Shown: one piece after another, positions 11,909 to 25,420 of the stretch
Position numbering within the stretch: the first letter of the stretch is position 1
Layout: each line of letters starts with the position of its first letter
Assembly: GCA_964035545.1 (NCBI GenBank)
Contig: OZ037769.1
Span: 3,701,929-3,765,928 of the forward strand
Direction: 5' to 3'
Length of the DNA: 64,000 nucleotides
Source: Bugula neritina
Lineage: Eukaryota > Animalia > Bryozoa
The notes under the pieces: model-generated
Told to the model about the DNA's origin: nothing
Databases searched by the model: none
Seen by the model: only the letters and a program-made list of their open reading frames with translations
Position numbers and translations under genes: made by a program

Positions 11909-14900
11909 ATGGCTGAAGCACAGCCTGGGAGAAACATACCAACTCAGGTATTAAACTCCCGGCTTGGTCAACCTCCACAAAATGAACATCTGTACCAACC
12001 ACTATCTACAGAGCGCCTGCAGTTCTCACTTCAACAAAAATATGTTTCTTCATATGCATATTATATTTCTTATACACAATCGCGAACTGAATATGGCTCT
12101 CATACACAACTACCACCACCTGAATATGCCTCCTGTACACAGCAACCACCTGAGAATGCTCAACAAGAAAATTCTGCAGAACCATCTGCTTATGAGTTCG
12201 TCACTGGCTGGCAGATGGGTGTTCAGGACTCACGGCCTCGACCAGCTGTATGTTTATTATCTCATCCAGTGACTAAACTCTCAGTTAAAGTTCTTTTTAA
12301 TTATTCTTGATTTTATATAATAATTTATACTTGAGCTAACTAAATGCAAATATATTTATGTCATCAAATTACTAAATATACTCATACCATTATGATAAAA
12401 ATTTTATTATAATGCATGTTTTATATGAATGTTTTATACACAATACAAAATATACTTGATGAGCTAATTTTTTAAGCAGTTTTAGAAGTTACGATGCATG
12501 GCATTCAATTTTAATAGAGCAGTTTAATACCACAGCTTAATACCTGCTTATACTTAGTTCAGATACAAGTTCACTGAAATACAATAATAAAGTCTAAAGT
12601 TAAATAAATTTTTTTAGGTAAAAGACACAAGTTCAAAACGCTGGATGATTGTTGGGATTCTAACAACCATATTTTTTGCTCCTCTTTCTGCATTAGGAAT
12701 TATGGGTGCTATCAGGGCCTTCGAGGCCGGTAATGAAGCCAAAAGGGGAAATGTTGCTGAATACAGAAAAAAAATTTATAAATCTAAAACGCTTTCACTG
12801 ACAGGAATAGGACTGGGGTTGCTGCTCATTACAATCATTACAGCAGCAGAAGTAGGTGGTGCTGTTTATTATCTTTTTTGAAATAATGAAAATTTGTTTA
12901 AATTTGACATAATTCTGACATTAACCTACATATTTAGTACTTTAAATGCAGCAGAAACCCAAAATACGTGACATTTTAGCAATTTTTAAAAACTGAATAA
13001 AGTATTCAAAATGTTATATCTGATAATTTTTTAAAGTTTGTCAAAAAAGTCCCCAATTTAGCACAGTTAGCTAGCGAAAAATGATATTCTAAAAGCTGTG
13101 CTTAATTTTTTCAGCTGGGTATATATCAATGTTATCTTGTTGCATTGTCATACTTGCTAAGTGTTCAACCATACAGAATTTCTTAATTAGTCCTCAACTA
13201 TTGTATGCTCTTTGTCTTTGATATTGACAATAAAATTGTTTTAAAATTTTTTTTGAGTCACATGCAGCATTATTTCATTTAAATTTGAAATTATCTTTTT
13301 ACCCTATACTTTACTACTATACTTTATTGTAGACCTAATCATTAGATTTAACAGAAGCTTTGTAGTAAAATGATAAATAAACTAAAAAATATGGAACAAA
13401 AATCATAACTTTCTATATACTGCATATTGTAAATTTTTCATTAACCAAAAGCAATTTATCTACGTTAGCTAAAACTTTGAGGTAAAATAGTTTTATAGTT
13501 AAAACTGTGACCTGCATGTGTTAGCTGTTAATAATATTTGGTTGTTGTAGCTTTCTAAAAAAAAATCTTCTGGAAGCTCTTCCAATGAATTTAATGTTTC
13601 CACTCCTGGATATACACAAAACCCAGTGTGTAAGTCTACGAATTATTCTCTGTATTTTGTGTGATATTTCAGTACATATGGGTTCAGCACTTTTAATGTA
13701 ATTACTAGTATTTTTTATTTTTTTATAATAGTCCTAAAATGCTCAAACTAAAGTTATTGCATGTATACAGTTTTCTGTTCAATATAGCAAACAAAAATAC
13801 TTATTTTAGTTGATGATTTATAGAAACTTTAGTACTTTAGTAAAATAAAATATACTATAAAAGTTTTTGTTACAGCTTATTTAAATATACAATAATTTTA
13901 CCAACTTGTCAAGTAAAATTTTATTTATATTTGAATAAAAAAATGTTTTTGATTGCATAGAATATAACACATGTTTAACTCTATACTTCTAATTATAATT
14001 TTGAGCAGCCGATCATATTTATCTGGGATGCTTCAATGATAACATACCTAGAGATCTTAATGGTGATGACTACAACTTTGGAGAGGATCTTTCTGTTGAG
14101 AATTGCTCCAACTACTGCTCTGAAAGAGGTGGGTGGTAACCATGGTTTATCGCAATTGATATTTTTCTGTAAGGCAGAGTGTTATATAATACAGTGAGGC
14201 AGCAGATATGACTGAAACTGTTATAATGACTCTGAGAGAAATTAACTTTAGATGTTTTATCTCAAAGATAACTTTTGTCCAAGAACACCAGTTCAATGCA
14301 GTGACAAGAAAACATTCCTTGTGCAATTTCCATTATCTGTACCACCAACTCACTTTCAACAAACATTTTGTAAAAGAACTTTGCTCTGTTTCAAAGTCTG
14401 AATGCATGTAAATACATTATTTATTTACAGTTTTATTATAACTAGAAAATAACTTGTTGTTTAGAGAAAAAAAACTAAGCAACAATTTAAATTAAATGCA
14501 ATCACACTTTGTCTGTGGAATATGTTTGTGGAATGTATTTCAAAACATGTGCACACATTGTGTATGTTTGTTAGGTTACAAATACGCTGGTCTAAAAGAT
14601 GGATTCCTTTGTTCATGTGGGACATCATATGGTTCATATGGAGAGGTGGACCAGGATGAGTGCAATTCTGTCTGTTCTGCTGATGGCATGGAATGTGGTG
14701 GATTTTACAGCAACTCTGTTTACAGAACAAACTACATTGGTTTGTAATTTCACAATAAACACTTAATTTGAAATTATTTGTTATAAACTAAGTTGCTTCT
14801 GAGTTCATAGTACCAGTAGCTTGTTGAGCTCAGCTATGAATTAGCTCAATAGGGTACGCATCAAAGTTACCCTTACTCATGTAGGGTCACTAAAAAGGTT

Positions 14901-15790
14901 TTAAATTGCAGCATAGGATTAGTTTGTTTTGATCTCTAAATTATATATTGCGGTTTCATTATCATCTTCAAACAAGTTTAAATATAAGTTATTTATAGAC
15001 ATTTAGTTTAAAAATCAGAATTGTTTTTAAACTATTCTACTGATCATTTATTAATCTTCTATGACTCAGTGTATATTACCATTTTTCTAACAGAGAAATT
15101 CACTGCTTTCAACGATAAGAAAAAAATAATATAAAAAGTTAGTTTGATAAACAATTGAAACTATCAGGTCTTATCAAAATGAATGCAACTGCATGTAACA
15201 TTTATTTAGGTTGTTTAATGAAGTTGAGCTCGCAGCATCTTCATTTTGATTTTGCAGTGGTTCTTTGAAGTTTTCTAATAATAACAATCTCACATTTGTA
15301 ATGTTTTTCTCTCTCTTCCAAGATTTGGAGCAAAAAGTCAACCCAGCTTCATGTCTAGTCTTAGTTTTAATCAACTGTTCCAGTAGGTTTAAGTATATTT
15401 CATGTTTTGCAGGTTGCTACAAAGACTATCATGAGACATTTGATTATCATATTGATTTACCAGTTGATGAGGTAACTCCAAGTGGTTGCACAAAACACTG
15501 TAAGACTGATGGTGAGTTACCCGATGTATTTCTAACTTTTTTGTTTACCTATATATAAAAGTGTTGAAATAATTTAGAATGAAGGAATTTACTTTTTCAA
15601 AATACTCCGTCTACTTCTTGCAGGATATCGTTTTGCTGGACTTTGGTCTGGAAGGTATTGTTACTGTGGAGATCACTTCGACAGATTCGATGAAGTTCCA
15701 GATGAAGAATGCAAATGGAGGTGTCCTAGTAACTCTCAACTCAGCTGTGGCGGAGCTCTTAGACAATCTGTTTATAACACTTTTAATTAG
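11909..15790 (+). CDS. g2: CD225/dispanin + 2 WSC membrane protein (~400 aa), apparently intact
   Basis: GT-AG exons 11909-12247, 12618-12851 (CD225), 13551-13629 (stalk), 14009-14128 + 14575-14739 (WSC1: YLGCFNDNIPRDL...CSNYCSERGYKYAGL...CGG), 15413-15511 + 15624-15790 (WSC2). Total 1203 nt, open frame, TAG stop. Confidence 0.85.
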
Positions 15791-18767
15791 AAAGTTGCTA
15801 TAGTAAAAATATATACCTGCTTTGGATATCTGCAGTGAAACAACAGTAAAATATTTATATCATAAATATATGCACTTATATACTTATACAAACCCTGCGC
15901 TTTGCTAAACTGCTAAATGTGTTAAAAGCTCAGCAAAAGTTTAATCAAGTAGGCCTTTTTAAAAATAAAAATTTTGGAGGATTATGTTATGCTTTCCTTC
16001 TATCTACCTATATCTTGAAATTTGTGAAATGTTCACTCAAAATGAAACATTCAACTCTAAAGTTTTTTAATAAAAGAAAGTTAATTAAATAATCAACACA
16101 CATGCAGTTTCATCTTCAAAAAGATTAAATAAGTTATACAATGTTAATTATTTTACATTTAATACAGTTTAGCATATATAATCTATGCACCAATAAAGAA
16201 GCTACTGAGGTTTTAATACCATGGGTGCTAGTATCATCGTTTTTAATGGAGTGTTTTCAGTTTTAAGTTAAAAATATTCCGTTTCTTCACAATAGGAAAT
16301 TAAATGCACTTTACCAAGTTTATTTAAATTTTAAATTAATTTCAGTAAACTCTGTTGTTATTGATAAAATATAAATTATGTTGAATTCCAACCTTCGCTA
16401 TGTCTATTGCTCGTATTTACTATAGGCTATAGGAGTCTGTTGACATCAGTGGTGTAATATGCTCCTTCTATATTTGTCTGTTTTAAGCTAAACATTAAAC
16501 ATTTCTTCCATTTTTTATCCATATTTTTTGAATTTAAAATTTTTAAAATCAAACTACATAATGTTAGTGCAGAAGCACACAAAAACCTTTCTTCTGAATT
16601 TATTGTGATTCTCAAAACAAAATAAAGGTTACAGCTAAACAAAACAAAGTAACTTGTTTATATCTGGAAGACAGTACAGTAACAATTCTGACAGCGAGTC
16701 AAGCTAAGTAAACATGTGTATTTTTCTGCTCTCTGTACATCTAGCAAATTGCGCATTTAAAAATATTCATATAATAGTTGCTTTGCAATTTCTACAATTT
16801 TCAGTATCCTAACGCGTAATATTAACTAAAAGTCGGTACTTTTTCCAGTAGAGGTATAAACGAAACTTAACACGTAGGCAAGTATACTGGGTAGAGACCT
16901 CTACTTTATGATGAAATATATAAATGTTAACCACCACCAACTGCAATGACGGATAATAGTCAAAAAATTTCACAGTTTCAATTACTGAAACTATTGCTTT
17001 ATACTCTATAATACTGCCAATAAATCATGCATAGTTGAGTATAAATACTCTACTTTACAAAGTTGCCAAAACTAATAAAAGTTTCTGAAAGTCTCACTGT
17101 AGTGAAATTATAAACTCCAGAATTCTTATAATACATTTATAAATGTAATATGAGAATTCTGGAGTTTCAAATTTAGTTCCTTGTGCCTGTATAAGTTGAT
17201 TCTGTAACTATCAGCAGAGTATTAAATTGTATATTTGTTGAGATGAGATCAATTGTTTGTACGCTTGTTTATGCAGATTTATTAGATACCTAATTATAAA
17301 AACAATGAATTTGTAATATTATCTGTTTTTTCACCCGACTTAGGCATGTGCATAGCAGTGTACAGAATGCTTTGTGTTTTTAATTGTTCAATAATCATAT
17401 GACCATAACTCATATAACAGAAGTGTTATTACAGAGCATAGTTTATATTGCTTTTCCGTGATGGACTTAAGCGCCTCAAAACACTATAAGCATTAAATCA
17501 TTGTAGAGTTTTCTATAGGGGGTACTTCATTTACTCGCTTATAGTTAAAGTTTATTGCGCAGTAAACTTTCAAGAATTAGAGTTCTGTAAAGTGTGGAAT
17601 AAGCTAACCAGTCAAATATAACTTTATATATTATCAAAACAAGGTGAGTTCATATCAAACTTTAGTCACATTTGCACGGGATATTCTGCAAATGAACTTC
17701 AGTAAATTATTTGATATTTGTTCAGCACTATAATGTTTAGAGTATCAAAATTAGTTCTTATATGTTTTGTCTTTTTCAATATTAGCAAGGATAATCTATA
17801 GTGACATGGAAATGTGTAAACAGTTGCTGCTTTCAAATTATACTATTTAAAATATTTATAGTTTTACCTGTCTTGGTGCAAAATTTTGAGTCCGTGGATA
17901 GCGTAATTATTTTCAAATCTGAAAACAAGTATTAGAAAAAGACAATCTTTGAAATTATAAATGATGCAATTTATCTTTACGCCATCACGCAGCGTTATAG
18001 ATTTTTATGGAATGTAACTTATAGCGTTTATGTTAGTAAATGTATCTATACTACATGTATACACTCAAACGTGGTAATTTTTGATACACACTCTCATGTA
18101 TATTCTTCCATTTTCAGTAGTAGTTTATATGCCCAAAACTCTATTACTTTGTTACTATACACTATTTAGCTAAATTAGTGAATAGTTATCACTCATAGAA
18201 TAATTATTATATACAAAGTTTGAAGTTCTCCTCTCCTAACAGGGTCAGGTTTATACACCGAAAGCTATTTGGAAATATGACTAACTAGTGAATACATTAT
18301 GTTGACTACAAGGTGGCTGAAATAATAGCAAAATTATTCAGTTCCTGCTAGTACAACTATGTAATGTTATGCAATTCATTATAACATACACATGAATAGG
18401 CTTTCAATCTATATAGCTATTCAATCAAATATTGATTTTTATATAGACTTTAGCTTACACAGATCAAAATTCAATTGCATTATCAATGGTTTATATATGA
18501 ACAAAAATAATGAGCAGGTCATGGTAGCAACTATTGTTCTGCATGGTAAATTACGACTTATATCTGAAAGTTGACCTACTTTATATTATAGGGACAAGAA
18601 ATATAATATTTTGTACTGATGCCTCCGATTTTTAAAAATCTATATTGAAATTCCTAATTATATGTTAATGCCAATCGATGAAGAAAAAGATATTATCATA
18701 GATATTTCCAACAAAGGTATAATTGCTTCATATACAAACTGCAACCTAAAACATATCTAGCTAAATT

Positions 18768-18951
18768 ACTTAAGCATGTTTTACTCCTGTAAGAAACCCA
18801 TGGTGGGAAGACTTTTTGTTAAATCTGGTTAAGGACTTATTTAGATGGGGCACAGGAGCAAATATGACTGGATGCTCTTTCTATAGCATCACCAATGACC
18901 TTTGTCAGCTCGAACCCACGACATATGGTTCACTAGACCACAGCTGCTCTC
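18768..18951 (-). mobile_element. Meta-like tRNA-SINE with 13-bp TSD
   Basis: Flanked by ATCTAGCTAAATT / ATCTAACTAAATT. The paralogous site near 39600 is empty. Confidence 0.75.
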
Positions 18952-19706
18952 ATCTAACTAAATTTGCATATTTTATTAAAAACAGCTATAAAACTGCTGT
19001 ATAAACTGTTTCATTATTTCATAAACAGAAGGCAATTCAACACTTAGAATATTTTGTCAGTAAAGTAAGCATAGGATTTATAATTCTAGTTTAATATCAC
19101 TTCTCCTAGCTCTTCAGTTTGTAAGCTGTACTGACTCAAGCACAATGAGTGATGGCTAAAATAGCTTTTGGCGAAAAATGTCCTGTTATATACCTACGTG
19201 TAGGCTATATACATAGGGAAGTGCACGTGCATATTCTTTTGTTAGTATTATGCTGATATTCAAAGTCAGTCAAAAAAATCAATAGCTTTTCTAAGCTTTT
19301 AGGAATATATTTTTCAGATTCGTACAATGAATGTGAATACAATGTTATTCAATTTGGTATAGCATTGTGAAGAATGCTTTGTATGTGTTAGGTTGTTCAA
19401 TCATTGCTCAGGTAGGGGATGTTTTACTAGCCAATAGTTTGTATTGCCTTTCAGTAGATGACAAAACAGTTTACAACTATTATTAAAGAACATGGTCACT
19501 ATCTGATATACTTGAGACTTTGACTACTTGTTTGGTTTGCGATGAATTAACATTTGTCACAAGATTGTAAAAGTTTGTAAACTGGCCAACTTTAACTTTT
19601 TATTGTGGCAAAATCAGGTGAGCTTTTGCTAAATATAATTAGATAGTCAATATAGAGTTAGTTTATTTAATATTTTCTCACTGCTGAGAAGTTTAACGAA
19701 TATAGC

Positions 19707-19810
19707 TGTAGTGTTGTGTTTACCCAGTGGTTCCTGTAGTGTAACTGGTTAGCACACCTGCTTGCAAGCCTGAGGTCTTTGGTTCTAATCCTGGTAAGGA
19801 AAATTATTCT
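19707..19810 (+). mobile_element. Short tRNA-derived element upstream of the g3 ATG (intact version of the gypsy target site)
   Basis: GGTTCCTGTAGTGTAACTGGTTAGCAC (A-box) ... GAGGTCTTTGGTTCTAATCC (B-box); matches the dispersed copy at 63420-63535. Confidence 0.7.
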
Positions 19811-19868
19811 GCATTGTCAAAAACATTGATGAAGTATTTGCATATTCCGTAGTTACTCCTGTAGTACA

Positions 19869-22800
19869 ATGGCTGAAGCACAATCCGCGAGAAATATACC
19901 AGCCAGAGTATTAAACTTTCAGCCTGGTCAACCTCCACAACGTGAACATCTGTACCAACCACTATCTACAGAGCACCTGCAGCTTTCATTTCAACAAAAA
20001 TATGCTTCTCCATATGCATATTATGCCTCTTATACACAACATCCACCTGAATATGCCTCTTATACACGGCCACCAACTGAATATGCCCCTCATACACAGC
20101 CACCTCCTGAATATGCCTCTCATACACAGCCACCACCTGAATATGCCTCTCTTACACAGCAACCACCTGGATATGCCTCTCATACACAACCACCACCACC
20201 TGAATATGCCTCCTGTACACAGCAGCAACCTGAAAATGCGCAACAAGGAAATTTTACACAACCACCTGCTAATGGGTTCATCACTAGCTGGCAGGTGGGT
20301 GTTCAGGACTCACAGCCTTGACCAGCTGTATGTTTATTATCTCATCCAGTGACTAAACTCTCAGTTAAAGTTTTTTTTAATTATTCTTGATTTTATATAA
20401 TAATTTATGCTTGAGCTAACCAAATGCAAATATATTTATGTCATCAAATTACTAAATATACTCATACCATTATGATAAAAATTTAATTAGTAACGCATGT
20501 TTTATATGAACGTCTTATACATAATACAAAAGATACTTGATAAGCTAATTTTTTTAAGCAGTTTCTTTTAGAAGTTAAGATGGCATTCAAATTTAATAGA
20601 ATAGTTTAATACCACAGCTAAATACATGCTTATACTTAGTTCAGATACAATAATAAAGTTAAATAAATTCCTTTTTAGGTAGAAGACAAAAGTTCAAAAC
20701 GCTGGATAATTGTTGGGATTCTAACAACCATATTTTTTGCTCCTCTTTCTGCATTAGGGATTATGGGTGCTATCAGGGCCTTCGAAGCCGCTAATGAAGC
20801 CAAAAGTGGAAATGTTGCTGAATACAGAAAAAAAATTTGTAAATCTAAAACGCTTTCACTGACAGGAATAGGACTGGGGTTGCTGATATTCACAATTATT
20901 ACAGCAGCATCGGTGGGTGGTGCTGTTTATTATCTTTTTGAAATAATGACAATTTGTTTGAATTTGACATAATTCGGCCTTTGACCTACATATTCAGTGC
21001 TTTAAATGCAGCAGAAACCCAAAATACGTGACATTTTAGCAATTTTTAAAACTGAATAAATTATTTAAAATCTTATATTTGTTAATTTTTTAAACTTTGT
21101 CTTGAAATATAAAGTCCCAAATTTAGCACAATTATAGCTGGCAAAATGACATTAAAAAAATTGTACCTAATTTGTCAGTTGGGTATATATCAATGTTATC
21201 TTGCTGCATTCTCATTAGTAAGTGTCCAAAATACAGAATTTTTCAATTATTCCTTAGCTATCGTATGCCCTTTATCTTTGATATTGACAATAAAATTGTT
21301 TTAGAGTTTTATGAGTAACATGCAGCATTATTTCATTTAAATTTGAAGTTATCTTTTTACCCTATATACTTTATTGTAATCATTAGATTCAACAGAAGCT
21401 TTGTAGTAAAATGATAAATAAACTAGGAAATACGGAACAAAACATCATAACTTTTTATACTGCATATTTCAATTTCATTAATCAAAAGTAATTTATATAC
21501 GGTAGCTAAAAATCTGATGTAAAATAGTTTTATAGCTAGAGTTGTGACTTCTTGGCTGTTAATAATATTTAGTTGTTGTAGCTCTCTAAAAATAAATCTT
21601 CTGGAAGCTCTAGCAGTGAATTTAATATTTCAACTCCTGGATATACACAGAACCCAGTGTGTAAGTCTACAACTTATTCTCTCTATTGTTGTGTGACATT
21701 GCAGTACATATGAGTGTAGCAGTTGTAATGAAACTGCTAGCAATTTTAAATTCTTTTAAAATAGTCCTAAATTGCTCAAACTAAAGTTAGGCTATTGTAT
21801 GCACTTTTCTGTTCAATATAGAAAACAAAAATACTTATATTAGTTAATGATTTATGGAAACTTTAGTACTTCAGTAAAATAAAATATACTAGAAAAGTTC
21901 TTAAGTTACAGCTTATTCAAAGATACATTGATTTTACCAACTTGTCAAGTAAAATTTTATTTATATTTGAAAAAAATGTTTTTGATTGCATAGAATATAA
22001 CACATATTTAACTTTATATTTCTAATTATAATTTTGAGCAGCTGATCATATATATCTGGGATGCTTTGAGGATAACAAACCTAGAAATCTTAATGATGAT
22101 GACTACAACTTTGGAGATGATCTTTCCGTTGAGAATTGCTCCAACTACTGCTCTGAAAGAGGTTGGTGGCAAACAAAGTTTGTCCAATTGCCAACTCACT
22201 AATTTAAACAAACAAATTTCATACGAGGACTTAGCTCTGTTTCAAAATCTAAATTCGTGTAAAGTCATTATTCATTCACAGTCTTATTATAACTATAATA
22301 TTAGTTTTTATTTAAAGAGGAAAAGCTAGGCAAAAATTGAAATTATATATGCAATCATACACTATGCTTGGAATATGTTTGCAGAATGTATGTTTCAAAA
22401 CGTGTGCACACGTGTATGTTTGTTAGGTTACAAATACGCTGGTCTAAAAGATGGATTCCTCTGTTCATGTGGAACATCATACGGTTCATATGAAGAGTTG
22501 GACCAGGATGAGTGCAATTCTGTCTGTTCTGTTGACGGCTTAGAATGTAGTGAAGTTTACAGCAACTCTGTTTACAGAACAAACTATATTGGTTTGTAAT
22601 TTCACAATAAACACCTAATTTAAAATTATTTAAGTTATAAACTAAGTTGCTTCCGTGTTCATAGTTACCAGTAGCTTGCTGAGCTCAGCTATGAATTAGC
22701 TCAATAGGGTACGCATCAAAGTTACCCCTACTCATGTGAGGTCACTGAAAAGGTTTTAAATTGCAGCTTAGGATTAGTTTGTTTTTATGTCTAAATTATA

Positions 22801-24194
22801 TATTGCGGTTTCACTATCATCTTCAAACAAACAAGTTTAAAAATAAGTTATTATTAGACATGTAGTTTACGAATCAGACCTGTTTTTAAACTATTCTACT
22901 GATCATTTAGTAACTTTCTATGACTCAGTATATTATCATTTTTCTAACAGAGAAAATCGCTACTTCCAATGATCAGAAAAAATTAATATATAAAAAGTTA
23001 GTTTGATAAACAATTAAAACTATCAGGTCTTATCAAGATGAATGCAAATGTAACATTTATTTAGGTTGTTTAATGAAGTTGAGCTCGCAGCATCTTCATT
23101 TTGATTTTGCAGTGGCTCTTTGAAGTTTTCTAATAATAACAATCTCACATTTGTAATGTTTTTCTCTATCTTCCAAGTTTTGGAGCAAAAGGTCAACCCA
23201 GCTTTATGTCTAGTCTTAGTTTTAATCAACTGTTCCAGTAGGTTTAAGTATATCTCATGTTTTGCAGGTTGCTACAAAGACTATCATGAGACATTTGATT
23301 ATCATATTGATTTGCCAGTTGATGAGGTAACTCCAAGTAGTTGCACAAAACACTGTAAGACTGACGGTGAGTTACCCGATGTATTTCTAACTTTTTTGTC
23401 ATTAGGACTTGATTACTGCTTGAAATTTAACTCTGAGCTGTAAAATAATTGCTTCACCGAGATTTGAACCACAGACCTCCAGCTTGCAAGCAGGCACGCT
23501 AACCAATTACACCACAGGGGCTCTGGGATTTCAAACAACAAATAGCTAGGTCACCGAAATAATTTGTTTTTAGATTTATTTTTGTTTTCTTTCAAATTCA
23601 ATTATAGTTCTGCGCCAAATAAATATAAATGAAAACTTCAAATTCAAGAGCTTGAAATAAAAAAATTTAAAAGATAGAAATGCCAATTAGCTTTAAAGTA
23701 TTAAATTATTATAGCTACAGTTTTAATAGCATTTTCTCAGTTAGTAAAATAAAACAAAGCACTAAATGGTCACATTTGTTACCTATATAACTTTTGGTAT
23801 ACAACTGGTTAAAAAATGTTGATAAATACTTCATGGTGTAATTGACATAATAATATAACTGCTCATTATTCAAACGATTATAATAATTACAATATTAGTT
23901 GACACTTGGCATTTAAAAATTTACTAATACCTGTTATATCAATTCAGTTTACCGATATATAAAAGTGTTGAAATAATTTAAAATGAAGGAATTTACTTTT
24001 TCAAAATACTCCGTCTATTTCTTGCAGGATATCGTTTTGCTGGACTTTGGTCTGGAAGGTATTGTTACTGTGGAGATCACTTCGACAAATTCGATGAAGT
24101 TCCAGATGAAGAATGCAAATGGAGGTGTCCTAGTAACTCTCAACTCAGCTGTGGCGGAGCTCTTAGACAATCTGTTTATAACACTTTTAATTAG
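19869..24194 (+). pseudogene. g3: CD225 + 2 WSC paralog with nonsense codon at end of exon 1
   Basis: Exons 19869-20327 (TGA at 20319-20321 where g2/g4 have CGA), 20679-20912, 21582-21660, 22042-22161, 22427-22591 (CGG motif changed to CSE), 23268-23366, 24028-24194. All other exons are open. Confidence 0.75.
23446..23541 (-). mobile_element. tRNA-derived short element in g3 intron 6
   Basis: Minus strand GCCCCTGTGGTGTAATTGGTTAGCGTGCCTGCTTGCAAGCTGGAGGTCTGTGGTTCAAATC; related to 44296-44405. Confidence 0.7.
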
Positions 24195-25272
24195 AAAGTT
24201 GCTATAGTAAAAATATATACCTGTTTTGGATATCTGCAGTGAAATATTTATATTATAAATGTATACACTTATACAAACCCTGCGCTTTGCCAAACTGCTA
24301 TAAATGTGTTGAAAGCTCAGCAAAAGTTTAATCAAATATTTAAAAATAAAAGTTTTGGAGGATTATATTATGCTTTCCTTCTATCTACCTATCTTGAAAT
24401 TTGTAAAATGTTTACTTGAAATGAAACATTTAACTCTGAAGTTTTTTAATAAAAGAAAGTTAATCAAATAACCAACACATGCAGTATCATCGTCAAAAAT
24501 ATTAAGTAAGTTATATAATGTTAATTATTTTACATTTAATACAGTTTAGCATATATAATCTATGCACCAATAAGAAAGTTACTGAGGTTATAATACTATG
24601 GGTGCTAATATCATCTTTTTAATAGAGAGTGTTTTCAGTTTTAAGTTAAAAATATTCCGTTTTTTCACAATACGAAATTAAATGCACTTTACCAAGTTAA
24701 TTTAAATTTTTAAATTAATTTCAGTAAATTCTGTTGTTACTGATAAAATATAAATTATGTTGAATTCCAACCTTCGCTATGTCTATTGCTTGTATTTACT
24801 ATAGGCTATTATATATAGGAGTCTGTTGACATGCAGTGGTGTAGCATGCTCCTTCTATATTTGTCTGTTTTAAGCTAAACATTAAACATTTCTTCAATTT
24901 TTTGTCCATATTTTTTCAATTTAAAATTGTTAAAATCAAACTACATAATGCTAATGCAGAAGCACACAAAAACCTTTCTTCTAAATTTATTGTAATTCTC
25001 AAAACAAAATAAAGGTTACAGCTAAACAAAACAAAGTAACTTGTTTATATGTGGAAGACAGTAGTAACAATTCTGACAGTGAGTCAAGCTAAGTAAACAT
25101 ATGCATTTTTCTGCTCTCTGTATACATCTAGCAAATTGCACAGTATACTGGATAGAGACCTCTACTTTATGATGAAATATATAAATGTTAACCACCACCA
25201 ACTGCATTGACGAATAGTAGTCAAAAAGGTTCACAGTTTCAATTACTGAGACTATTGTTTTATACTCTATAA

Positions 25273-25420
25273 TCTCTCTCTCTCTTTTCGCTATCCCTCT
25301 GAGTAGAGTATGATGTCTGTCTACAGCTGTTTGTGAGTAGCTTGATGACTTCTGAGTCCTATCAGTGATCTGCATATGCGGTCACAGCGGAAGCATTTGA
25401 GGTCATCACTCGGTGTGTCT
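25273..25420 (-). mobile_element. 5'-truncated RTE-like LINE 3' end
   Basis: Minus strand encodes DDLKCFRCDRICRSLIGLRSHQATHKQL*, then a short UTR and (GA)n tail. Absent at the paralogous site near 17010. Confidence 0.75.

Noticed and set aside
15579-15803. Recurrent ORF 'QDIVLLDFGLEGIVTVEITS' (also 23983, 36455) as a separate small gene
   Set aside because: Off-frame reading of the last WSC exon.
20319-20321. Selenocysteine or programmed readthrough at the in-frame TGA of g3
   Set aside because: Paralogs have CGA (Arg), not Cys; simple CpG transition; no SECIS recognised.
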